A stretch of DNA of 64,000 nt from Trueperaceae bacterium (GTDB taxonomy: Bacteria; Deinococcota; Deinococci; Deinococcales; Trueperaceae): NCBI GenBank assembly GCA_034521815.1, contig JAXHLW010000013.1, forward strand, positions 1,536,001 through 1,600,000, given 5' to 3'. The notes under the pieces are model-generated. The model did not search any database. It worked only from the letters and a program-made list of their open reading frames with translations, and had not been told where the DNA came from. The first letter of the stretch is position 1. Each line of letters starts with the position of its first letter. Positions 43,419 to 51,805 of the stretch are shown here, in pieces. Made by a program: the position numbers and the translations under genes.

Positions 43419-44039
43419 GGTCGTGCCTCCGATGGGTGTGCGTTCGATCGGCCTGCGTCCGACGCCGCGTCGGCCAGGACGCCTCTCGCCAGGCGAATCA
43501 TCGTGGCCTCGGTCTCCTGCCGTGAGCGCCCCACGTCGAGGCGCAGCAGCTTCCAGACGTACAGGTCGGTCGCCGCCACCAGCGCGTCGACGAGCGGGCG
43601 TTCGGCCTCGCCGGCCGGCGAGGCCGAACGCCCGCGTCACCCAGTCGCGGTGGTAGCTCCGTCCGCGCTGGACGCCGTCGCGCGCTACGGGCTCTCCTCC
43701 ATGCTCCTGAGCGAGCAGGTTCGGCACCAGGCGTCCCTCGGCCTCGTAGTGCGCGACGAGACTCGAGATCGCCCCTTCGACGTCGCCGGGGCGGGTCGCC
43801 TGGCGCTGCGCCTCGACCCTTCGTTCGACGCGCTCGCCGACGGCGTGCAGGCAGCCGTCGCGCGAGCCCATGTGGCGCAGCACCGTCTGCACCGTGACGC
43901 CGGCCCCTTCGGCGATCGCGGGCAGGGTGACGTCGCCCAGCGGGCCGTCCGCGAGCAGACGCTCGGTGGACGCCACGATGCGTTCGGTCGTCTGGGCTGC
44001 GCGCCGGGCGCGGTTCGTCATGTCGTAGCTGCGGGTCAT
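43415..44039 (-). CDS. TetR-family regulator, frameshift near 43615
   Basis: TLPAIAEGAGVTVQTVLRH HTH. The tail LVAATDLYVWKLLR lies in a shifted frame and ends overlapping the GT start. Confidence 0.85.
43594..43635. repeat. Perfect 42-bp palindrome inside the tetR gene
   Basis: gcgggcgttcggcctcgccggccggcgaggccgaacgcccgc equals its own reverse complement. Confidence 0.9.
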
Positions 44040-44083
44040 CGTCCTCCTCAAGTTCATGTTGATCATAGACACATGGATATTCG

Positions 44084-44108
44084 ATGTCAATAGCCGTCAC
44101 ATTGATAT
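44084..44108. promoter_or_regulatory. Probable TetR operator
   Basis: ATGTCAAT-N9-ATTGATAT inverted repeat in the AT-rich gap upstream of tetR. Confidence 0.55.
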
Positions 44109-44147
44109 GGTGGCACTCGCTCGGCGACGCGAGCTGTAGAATCGGAA

Positions 44148-44765
44148 ATGCACCGTCTCGACAGCTGGATCGACCACGTTCCGTACGACGACGCCACCGG
44201 ACGGCTCCGCGCCCTGTACGACCGCATCCGGGGCCCAGGCGGCTCGATCGACAACATCATGAGGGTGCACAGCCTGCGCCCCCACACGATGGAGGGGCAC
44301 CTGGCGCTGTACAAGGGCGTGCTGCATCACTCCCGCAACACCGTCCCCCGCTGGCTGCTCGAGACCACCGGGGTGTACGTCAGCCTGCTGAACGGCTGCG
44401 ACTACTGCGTCGAGCACCACTTCGCCGGCCTACGCCGTCTGTTGAACGACGACGCCCGGGCCGAGGCGATCCGTGCCGCCCTCCGTCGCGGCCGCCCCGA
44501 AGAGGCGTTCCACGGTCGCGAGCTCGCCGTGCTCCGTTACGCCGAAGCGTTGACGGTCGCGCCCGCCACGATGAGCGAGAACAACGTCGAGTCGATGCGG
44601 GCGGAAGGCATGAGCGACGGCGAGATCCTGGAAGTGAACCAGGTGGTCGCCTATTTCGCCTACGCGAACCGCACGGTGCAGGGCCTGGGCGTCACCACCG
44701 AAGGAGACACGCTGGGCCTATCGCCCAGCGACAGCGACGCTCCCGACGACTGGCATCATCGCTGA
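44148..44765 (+). CDS. AhpD/carboxymuconolactone decarboxylase-like peroxidase-related protein
   Basis: VHSLRP, NGCDYCVEHH and AYFAYANR. Confidence 0.87.
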   Translation: MHRLDSWIDHVPYDDATGRLRALYDRIRGPGGSIDNIMRVHSLRPHTMEGHLALYKGVLHHSRNTVPRWLLETTGVYVSLLNGCDYCVEHHFAGLRRLLNDDARAEAIRAALRRGRPEEAFHGRELAVLRYAEALTVAPATMSENNVESMRAEGMSDGEILEVNQVVAYFAYANRTVQGLGVTTEGDTLGLSPSDSDAPDDWHHR

Positions 44766-44886
44766 CCGATCGCCGACAGCGTCTCGCGCCAGCAGCACCA
44801 CACGCGCGCCGCCTCCGAAACGCTGCCGCAGGTGGCAGCATCGCGGAGGCGGCGATCGTGTCGTTCGTGGCCGGCAGGCTCGGTCA

Positions 44887-44914
44887 CGCGCCGTCCGCGA
44901 TCGCGGACGGCGCG
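44887..44914. terminator. Perfect 28-bp palindrome between convergent genes, probable bidirectional terminator
   Basis: cgcgccgtccgcgatcgcggacggcgcg, just after the nirK stop codon. Confidence 0.55.
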
Positions 44915-44921
44915 ACCGGCG

Positions 44922-46313
44922 TCAGTGCTCGCTGCCGGGCGTCACGTTCCCGTCGAAGACCTCGGGGTTCTCGTCCCCAGCCGCCTGGAGGATGCCGACC
45001 AGGCCGCGCTCGGCGCGACTCAGGGCGTGATCGACCAGGATGTAGTCGCCGGGCACCTCGAGCCCGAACTCGACCATCGTGGCTCCGCCCGGCGCGACCG
45101 TCGTGGTCTGCACGTTGGTGAGCGGCGAGCTGGTCAGCGACCCCTGGTCGTAGACCCGGTCGAAGATCTCCCCGATCACGTGGAAGCTGCTGGTGAAGTT
45201 CGGTCCGCCGACGCCGAAGAAGATGCGTACGGTCTCGCCGACGTTCGCCTGCAGCGGATACTCGTCCGTCAACGCGCCCACCGCGCCGTTGAAGGTGAAG
45301 TACTCGGGGTCCTCGTCGAGAAGCTTGTTCACGCTGAACTCGGCGTTTCCGCGATTCCCGAAGTCGCCGTCCGTATAGACCTCGCCCTGCATCACGTAGA
45401 ACTCGCGGTCGACCTCCGCGAGCCCTTCCTCGGGCTCGACGAGGATGAGACCGTACATGCCGTTGGTGATGTGGTGGGCGACCATCGGCGTAGCGCAGTG
45501 GTAGACGTACAGGCCCGGATTCAGGGCCTTGAAGGTGAACGCCGTGGCGTCGCCGGGGCGGGTCTGCGTCACCGCCGCGCCGCCGCCGGGGCCCGTCACG
45601 GCGTGGAAGTCGACGGAGTGGATCATCGTGCTGTCGTCCGCGTTCTCGAGCGTCATGTTGACGGTGTCGCCCACCTTGACGCGAAGGAACGGGCCGGGGA
45701 TCTGGCCGTCGAACGTCCAGAAGCGATAGCTCGTGCCGTCGGCCAAGCGGGCCTCGACCTCTTCGGTCACGAGCGCGAGGTCGTGCGTGACCGGCTCTCG
45801 TTCGCCGATCGGTCCGGGCAGGTCCGCCGGATCGCGGACGATGGACGGGAGCTCCTCTTCGTCCGACTCGGCGACCGTGCCGATCTCGAGGAGCCCCTCC
45901 ATGCCGGCCTGACGGTGCCCCGGCACGGTGCAGTAGTAGTCGTACTGGCCGGCCTCGTCGATTCGGAAGACGGTGACCGAGCTGGCGCCTTCCTCGAAGA
46001 CCATGTCGGTAGCCACGCCGTCGACGCCGTCCACGGCCCAATCGTGCTGAACGCCGTCTCCGTTGACGAGGGTGAGCTGGACCACGTCACCGGGCTCGGC
46101 GACGAGGCGCGGGTTGACGACGCCGTCGATCTGTCCCCCGACGCCGATGAAGGCCATCTTGCCGCCGGCCAGTCCGGTCGTCAGGCGGTAGGAGACGTCG
46201 GGCGTGTATTCGGCGGGCGACAGCGGCTGGCCTTGAGCCAAGGCCAGCGAGCCCGCGGCCAGCAGGCCCGCGAGGGCGAGCGTGGCTGCGATCAGGAATC
46301 GATTCATGGACAT
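44922..46313 (-). CDS. nirK: Copper-containing nitrite reductase with an extra N-terminal cupredoxin domain
   Basis: Signal peptide, cupredoxin HDW...YYCTVPGHRQAGM, core HSVDFHA, YHCATPMVAHHITNGMYG, SSFHVIGEIF and LVDH. Confidence 0.93.
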   Translation of the reverse strand: MSMNRFLIAATLALAGLLAAGSLALAQGQPLSPAEYTPDVSYRLTTGLAGGKMAFIGVGGQIDGVVNPRLVAEPGDVVQLTLVNGDGVQHDWAVDGVDGVATDMVFEEGASSVTVFRIDEAGQYDYYCTVPGHRQAGMEGLLEIGTVAESDEEELPSIVRDPADLPGPIGEREPVTHDLALVTEEVEARLADGTSYRFWTFDGQIPGPFLRVKVGDTVNMTLENADDSTMIHSVDFHAVTGPGGGAAVTQTRPGDATAFTFKALNPGLYVYHCATPMVAHHITNGMYGLILVEPEEGLAEVDREFYVMQGEVYTDGDFGNRGNAEFSVNKLLDEDPEYFTFNGAVGALTDEYPLQANVGETVRIFFGVGGPNFTSSFHVIGEIFDRVYDQGSLTSSPLTNVQTTTVAPGGATMVEFGLEVPGDYILVDHALSRAERGLVGILQAAGDENPEVFDGNVTPGSEH

Positions 46314-46445
46314 GAAGCTCCCTTCGATGCTCTCGGTGTTGGATCCGAGTAATGTCGGATGCACGTATCCAAGTAAACCACATGCGTCCGCCCCTTGCCA
46401 AATGGCGGCACCCGCAGAGCCGGCTGGTGCAGTACGCTCGGAAGC

Positions 46446-47183
46446 GTGACGGTATGGAAACCGGACGTCGCGCGACTCCCTCGGGCCCAGCTCGACGGCG
46501 ATCACGTCATCGTGCACGACGTCAGGAACACCCGCTACGGTCGACCAAGCGAACGGTACGAGGTGGAATGGGAGGATCGCGACTACGACCTCGCCACGCT
46601 CCGCAGGCTGTGGTTCCTGGTCGAGCCGTTCCTCCCACAGGTACCGGTCATCGCCCATACCTTCATCGCCTTCGAGTTCGACGACGCGTTCCTGGCGCTC
46701 TCGATCGAAGCGCGGCTCCGGCAGGACCAGCGCTACTCGATCTTCCGGGGCATGATCGGTCGCTACGCCCTCACCTACAGCTTCGGCGACGAACGCGACT
46801 TCATCCTGCGACGAACCCTTCATCAGCAGCACCAGGTGTACCTCTACCCCCTGGTCACCCCCGAGCTCGAGGTTCGCGCCCTGTTCCTGAACATGCTGGC
46901 CAGTGCCAACGCGCTCATCGCTCGACCGCTCCGGTACAACAGCATCCGCCACAACTGCACGAGCATGCTCCGCAGGCACGCCAACCAGGTCAGGCCCGGC
47001 AGCTTCCCGCCGTTCATCCTCGCCGACGTGATGCCGGGACGATCGGACCGGGTGCTGTACCGAAAGGGATGGATCGACACCAGCGTCGGTGAAGACGCGC
47101 TCCGCGACACTCACGCGATCCGCGACAAGGCGAACGCCGCGGCGGACGATCCCGGCTTCTCCCGACGCATCCGCGAGCCGTGA
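46446..47183 (+). CDS. DUF4105 (Lnb N-terminal-like) protein
   Basis: AHTFIAFEF, LSIEAR, DERD, YLYP and YNSIRHNCT. Confidence 0.8.
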   Translation: MTVWKPDVARLPRAQLDGDHVIVHDVRNTRYGRPSERYEVEWEDRDYDLATLRRLWFLVEPFLPQVPVIAHTFIAFEFDDAFLALSIEARLRQDQRYSIFRGMIGRYALTYSFGDERDFILRRTLHQQHQVYLYPLVTPELEVRALFLNMLASANALIARPLRYNSIRHNCTSMLRRHANQVRPGSFPPFILADVMPGRSDRVLYRKGWIDTSVGEDALRDTHAIRDKANAAADDPGFSRRIREP

Positions 47184-48043
47184 CCAAGACGCTCATCGTC
47201 AACGCCGACGACCTGGGCATGTCCGAAGCCGTGACGCGCGGCATCCTGGACGCCCACCGCAACGGCATCGTCACCTCCTCGTCGGCGATGATGAACGGCC
47301 CGCACGCCCGAGCCGGGCTCGAAACCGCCCTTCGCGACGCGCCCGAGCTGGGCCTCGGCCTGCACCTGACCCTCACCTGGGGACGACCGGTCCTCCCACC
47401 GGAGCGGATTCCGAGCCTCGTCGGCGCGCACGGCGGCTTCGTCAGCGTGCCGCGCGGAATGGCGCTGCCCGGCAACTGGAGCCGAAAGGACATCGCCGCC
47501 GAGCTACGCGCCCAGCTCGACCGCTTCGTCGAGATCGCCGGCAGGCCGCCCGACCACGTCGACGCGCATCACGGCATCACCACCTACGCGGCGCCCGTGC
47601 GCGAGGTGATGCTCGAGATCGCCAGCGAGCACGGCATCGCGGTGCGCCGCACCCGCGCCGGCTGGTTCGCCCGAATGGAGCGCATCATGCCTACCGCCGC
47701 CGACCTTCCTGACGAGTGGGGTCCCTGGCTGGACCGCGTCCCCACGCCCTGGAGGCGGGGACCGATGGGCGAGCGCACGCCGCTGTCCACCGACGGCCTC
47801 GACTTCCGCTTCTTCGGCGAGCGCGCCACCGTCGAGCAGCTGCTCCGCATCTTGGGCACCCTCCCAGGCGGCGTCACCGAGCTGATGTGCCACCCTGGAA
47901 GCGCCAGCGGCGGGGACGACTACGCGTTCCGCGAGGCGGAGCTGGCGGCCCTCACCGATCCGCGCGTGAAGGCCAAGGTCGAGGAGGCCGGGATCGAGCT
48001 GGCGTCCTTCGCCGTGCTGACGAAGCTCCCAGCGCGCGACTGA
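47180..48043 (+). CDS. ChbG/HpnK (YdjC) family deacetylase
   Basis: IVNADDLG, GLHLTL, HVDAHH and ELMCHPG. Confidence 0.9.
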   Translation: MTKTLIVNADDLGMSEAVTRGILDAHRNGIVTSSSAMMNGPHARAGLETALRDAPELGLGLHLTLTWGRPVLPPERIPSLVGAHGGFVSVPRGMALPGNWSRKDIAAELRAQLDRFVEIAGRPPDHVDAHHGITTYAAPVREVMLEIASEHGIAVRRTRAGWFARMERIMPTAADLPDEWGPWLDRVPTPWRRGPMGERTPLSTDGLDFRFFGERATVEQLLRILGTLPGGVTELMCHPGSASGGDDYAFREAELAALTDPRVKAKVEEAGIELASFAVLTKLPARD

Positions 48044-48072
48044 CCGCGTCGCCCCCGGACCCAGGAGGCCGC

Positions 48073-48795
48073 ATGCCGACTCGATCGTGCTCGCAGGACG
48101 CGCCCGCTCTCGCCACCCCCTTCCGCGCGACCGTCGCGAACGTCCTCGTCGTCCTCGTCCTCGTCGTCGTCGCCCTGGCCATCGCGTCCGGGTCAGCTCA
48201 CGCGCAAGGCGTCCGGCACGAGATCGACCACCAGCGCTCGACCGTTCACGTCGTCACCCGCCGGGCCGGCGCGCTCGGGTTCCTGGGCCACGATCACGCG
48301 ATCCTGGCGACACGGTGGACCGGAAGCATCTGCTTCGCTCCCGACGACCCCTCCGCCTCCGAGGTCCGCGTCACGGTGGCGACGCCCTCGCTGGTGATCG
48401 ATACCGACCTCGCCGTGGAGGTCGCCGGCACGTCCTGGCGACCGGGGCCGGACACGATGCTCGAGATCCGCACGCGCATGCTGGGCCCCGAGTTCCTCGA
48501 CGCCGACGAGCACCCCGAGATCCGCTTCGCGTCACGGTCCGTCACCAGCGACGGCGACGACGACCTGATCGTCGAAGGCCCGTTCACCCTGCACGGTCGG
48601 ACACGGATCGTGAGGGCCCCCGTCACCGTGACGCCTGCGCCCGACGGCACGGTGCGGTTCGAGGTCCGGATGTCCGTGCGGATGACCGACTACGGGATCG
48701 AGCCCGAAACGAACCTCGGCGTGGTCGACGTCGCCGACGAGTTCGACCTGTTCGTCGACGTCCTGACGCGGCCCACGAGCGAACCTTGTCCCTGA
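48073..48795 (+). CDS. YceI-family secreted protein
   Basis: Signal peptide, GHDH, FLDADEHPEIRF.S, G.FTLHG and TDYGI. Confidence 0.85.
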   Translation: MPTRSCSQDAPALATPFRATVANVLVVLVLVVVALAIASGSAHAQGVRHEIDHQRSTVHVVTRRAGALGFLGHDHAILATRWTGSICFAPDDPSASEVRVTVATPSLVIDTDLAVEVAGTSWRPGPDTMLEIRTRMLGPEFLDADEHPEIRFASRSVTSDGDDDLIVEGPFTLHGRTRIVRAPVTVTPAPDGTVRFEVRMSVRMTDYGIEPETNLGVVDVADEFDLFVDVLTRPTSEPCP

Positions 48796-48859
48796 GCGGT
48801 GCCTGCCGGTCGTCGCGCAGGGGCCGGCCCGAACGCGCGGCCATCGATATCGTGTCGTG

Positions 48860-50050
48860 ATGTCCGCTAACGACGACCACGACTGGCGCGTCACCGTGCG
48901 GCCTACCGCCACGACGCTCAGTCCCCGTCGTGACACGGTCGTCGCGTTCGACCTCGAGGGACGGCCGACGAGCCTGTTCGCCGGCGGCGACACGTTCAAG
49001 CGCTCCCTCGCCTCCGAGCTGTACGGCCGCCGCAGCGAGGGCGGCGCACGACGCCGCTGGCGCGTGCCGTGCGACCGGGCGGCCGACCTCCTGGAGCGGT
49101 CGCTGACGATCGCGGCGGACGCGAGGTCGGCCGTGCAGCGCGGCGAGCGGCTGCCCGGAGCGGCGGGGGCCGCCGCCGAAGCCGCGTTGGCGCAACGTCT
49201 GGACACGGTGCTCGGCTGGACGCCCGACCTGCTCTTGGACGAGCGTCGACGCTTTTTGGACGCCTACGCGCCGATCGCCATCCTTCCGCCCGACCAGTAC
49301 GGCGCCGTGGTCTTGCAGGCGACGTTCGGCTGCAGCTGGAACCGCTGCAGCTACTGCACCTTCTATCAGGACCGTCCGTTCCAGGTCCGTCCGATCGCTG
49401 CGTTCCGCGAGCACGTCGGCGCCGTTCGCGATCTGCTGGGCCGCGCCGCAGCCGGCCGGACCGGCATCTTCCTGGCCGACGGCAACGCGCTGGTGCTGAG
49501 CAACGATCGTCTGCAGCCCATCTTCGACACCGCGACCGCCGCGTTCCCGGGGCGGCCGGTCGCGGGCTTCGTCGACGTGTTCAGCGGCGAGCGCAAGACG
49601 GCGGACGACTGGCGCGAGCTGCGCGCCTGGGGCCTCCGGCGCGTCGCGATCGGCGTCGAGACCGGCTCGGATGCGCTCCTGGCGTACCTGAACAAGCCGG
49701 GCGGAGCGAGCGAGGCGGCCGCCTTCGTCGCGCTGCTGAAGGAGGCCGGGCTGGACGTGTCGGTGATCCTGATGGTGGGCGTCGGCGGGCGCCGGTTCGC
49801 AGCCGACCACGTGCAGCAGAGCGCCACCCTACTCACGCGGCTCCCGCTGACCGGCAGCGACCTGATCTACCTCTCTCCGTTCGTGCGCCAGCACGATTCG
49901 GCGTACGCCGACCGCGCCGCCGCCGACGGGCTCCACGACCTGACGCAGGCGGAGCTCGCCGCGCAGGATCGCGCGCTTCGCGACGCCGCGCGCGCCGCGC
50001 TACCCGCCACCAAGGTCGCCCGCTACCACATCGACGAGTTCGTGTACTGA
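48860..50050 (+). CDS. Radical SAM protein of unknown function
   Basis: LQATFGCSWNRCSYCTFY (CxxxCxxC), FLADGNAL and IGVETG. Confidence 0.88.
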   Translation: MSANDDHDWRVTVRPTATTLSPRRDTVVAFDLEGRPTSLFAGGDTFKRSLASELYGRRSEGGARRRWRVPCDRAADLLERSLTIAADARSAVQRGERLPGAAGAAAEAALAQRLDTVLGWTPDLLLDERRRFLDAYAPIAILPPDQYGAVVLQATFGCSWNRCSYCTFYQDRPFQVRPIAAFREHVGAVRDLLGRAAAGRTGIFLADGNALVLSNDRLQPIFDTATAAFPGRPVAGFVDVFSGERKTADDWRELRAWGLRRVAIGVETGSDALLAYLNKPGGASEAAAFVALLKEAGLDVSVILMVGVGGRRFAADHVQQSATLLTRLPLTGSDLIYLSPFVRQHDSAYADRAAADGLHDLTQAELAAQDRALRDAARAALPATKVARYHIDEFVY

Positions 50051-50107
50051 GCGGCCTTGGGCGCGACCCGCGCCGAAGCGCACGCTCACGAGGGCGCGCG
50101 CGCCGTG

Positions 50108-50905
50108 CTAGCTGCCGTTGCCCGCCACGCCGAGCACGTCCCGCAGCACCTCGACCTGCCTCAGGAGCTCCGTTTCGTCCCGTCCGTACTCGAGCGTGAG
50201 CGCCCACGGCGCGGTCGCCCACAGCATCTCCTGGACCAGCCGCACATCCACGTCGCGGAGCGGCTCGTGCGCATCGACCAGAACGCCGTCACGAAGGCGC
50301 GGGCCGCTCACGTGGAGCTGGCGCACGCGCTCCAACGGAAGCCCCGCGAGGTAGGTGGTGACGTCCACGCCCTGCCGGTCGGCGCTCACCTGCGCATGGG
50401 CGAGATCCAGCAGCAGGTACGTGTCGGACGCCTCGATCAGCTCGCGGACGAACGCCGGCTCGCAGATGTGCGCGTACGCGCCGGTCGGCTGGTCGTCGAG
50501 ATTCTCGAGCAGCAACGGAACCTCGATCAGGTCGGCCAGGGCACGAACGTTGCCGGTCATCGCTTCGAGCGTCTCGTCGCGGCTCAGCGGCGGAGAGGTC
50601 GGCCGCATCCCGTCGTCGTACGCGACCGTCGCCGCGGCGAAGCCGATGTGCACGCTGAGCCAGGGCGCCCTCGTCTGCGCGAGTCGGCGCATCGTCACCG
50701 CCACGACGTCGTCCTGCGAGAGGGCGTCCGGATGCGCCAGCGACCAGTCCCACACGGCGTTGTGCAGCAGGAACGGCCGCTGCGGGAACGCCGCGACGGC
50801 GCCGTCGACGTGGGGGCCGCTGGTCTCGAGAACGACGGTGTCCAGCAGGCCCCGGTGGGACAGCGATCTGGCGAGCGGAGTGTCGTTCACGGCCAAGGTG
50901 ACCAT
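50108..50905 (-). CDS. DUF692-family multinuclear non-heme iron enzyme (MNIO-like)
   Basis: TIM-barrel metal ligands SVH, LLLEN, LLLDLAH, QLHVSG, VDAH and TLEY. Confidence 0.8.
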   Translation of the reverse strand: MVTLAVNDTPLARSLSHRGLLDTVVLETSGPHVDGAVAAFPQRPFLLHNAVWDWSLAHPDALSQDDVVAVTMRRLAQTRAPWLSVHIGFAAATVAYDDGMRPTSPPLSRDETLEAMTGNVRALADLIEVPLLLENLDDQPTGAYAHICEPAFVRELIEASDTYLLLDLAHAQVSADRQGVDVTTYLAGLPLERVRQLHVSGPRLRDGVLVDAHEPLRDVDVRLVQEMLWATAPWALTLEYGRDETELLRQVEVLRDVLGVAGNGS

Positions 50906-51006
50906 GGCCGAACCGTATCGCGGAACGGGCGCCTGGGATCACGGCCGCGCGTCGCGGCGTCGGCCGATTGACGGATCCTCGACGAGACGGGCGGTACGAA
51001 GGAGCC

Positions 51007-51507
51007 ATGACGAACCGACCCCGACCGACCCTGCTCCTGGCGGCCATCACGATGCTCGCTGCGCTCGCTGCCTCGATCGTGCTGGGACAGGACCGGACGC
51101 AGACCGAGGAGCGACCGCCCGGACAGGATCCGCCGCGCGACGAAAAGATCGCGTTCGAGGCGTCGCTGGACTTCGCGCAGGTCGAGAAGGTCGTCGTCAC
51201 CGTCGCGGACGACGGGACGTACCGTTTCTCCGTCACGGTCCGGCACCGTGACGAGGGCTGGGACCACTACGCCGACGTCTGGGAGGTCTACGACCCCGAA
51301 TCGGGCGAGGTTTTGGGGACGCGCGAGCTGGCCCACCCGCACGACACCGAGCAGCCGTTCACGCGCAGCCTGAGCAGCGTCCGGATACCCGGCGGCGTGC
51401 GCTTGGTGGCCGTCCGTGCCGCGTGCAATGTCCACGGCTTCGGGGGTCGCGAGGTCGCCTTGGACCTCGACACCGAGGAGGGCGACGGGTACGAGGTTCG
51501 TCGCTGA
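51007..51507 (+). CDS. Conserved-looking hypothetical secreted protein, His/Cys-rich
   Basis: Signal peptide, VRHRDEGWDHYADVW, LAHPH..EQPFTRSL and ACNVHGFG. Confidence 0.75.
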   Translation: MTNRPRPTLLLAAITMLAALAASIVLGQDRTQTEERPPGQDPPRDEKIAFEASLDFAQVEKVVVTVADDGTYRFSVTVRHRDEGWDHYADVWEVYDPESGEVLGTRELAHPHDTEQPFTRSLSSVRIPGGVRLVAVRAACNVHGFGGREVALDLDTEEGDGYEVRR

Positions 51508-51573
51508 GCATGGCGGCCCGGCAAACCTCGGCACACCCCGGCATGCTCTACGCTGATGGTGAAGGGACGTGCC

Positions 51574-51759
51574 ATGGACCTCATGAACATCGTCAACATC
51601 GCCGTACTGATCATCGTCGTGTACGTGGCGCTTCGTGTCGGCGCCGTTCTGCTGAAGGTGCTTCTCGGGCTGATCGCGATCGGGTTGGCCGTCTGGCTGA
51701 TCGCCGGCCTGTTCGGGGGCGTGCCCGTCGGCGCATCCGCCGCGACGGTCTGGTGGTAG
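51574..51759 (+). CDS. Small two-TM membrane protein
   Basis: 61-aa hydrophobic ORF with an AGGGA RBS. Confidence 0.6.
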   Translation: MDLMNIVNIAVLIIVVYVALRVGAVLLKVLLGLIAIGLAVWLIAGLFGGVPVGASAATVWW

Positions 51760-51805
51760 GACATTCGGCTGGCGCACGGAGGCGGCGCTGCGGGTACCCT
51801 GACGT

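Noticed and set aside
42159-44090. Apparent TetR-glycosyltransferase fusion (643 aa)
   Set aside because: It arises from the frameshift in tetR. The GT has its own GGAGG RBS and ATG, and the true TetR C-terminus is in another frame.
44922-47114. 730-aa NirK with a long N-terminal extension
   Set aside because: The extension is the antisense of the DUF4105 gene. The RBS and signal peptide place the start at 46313.
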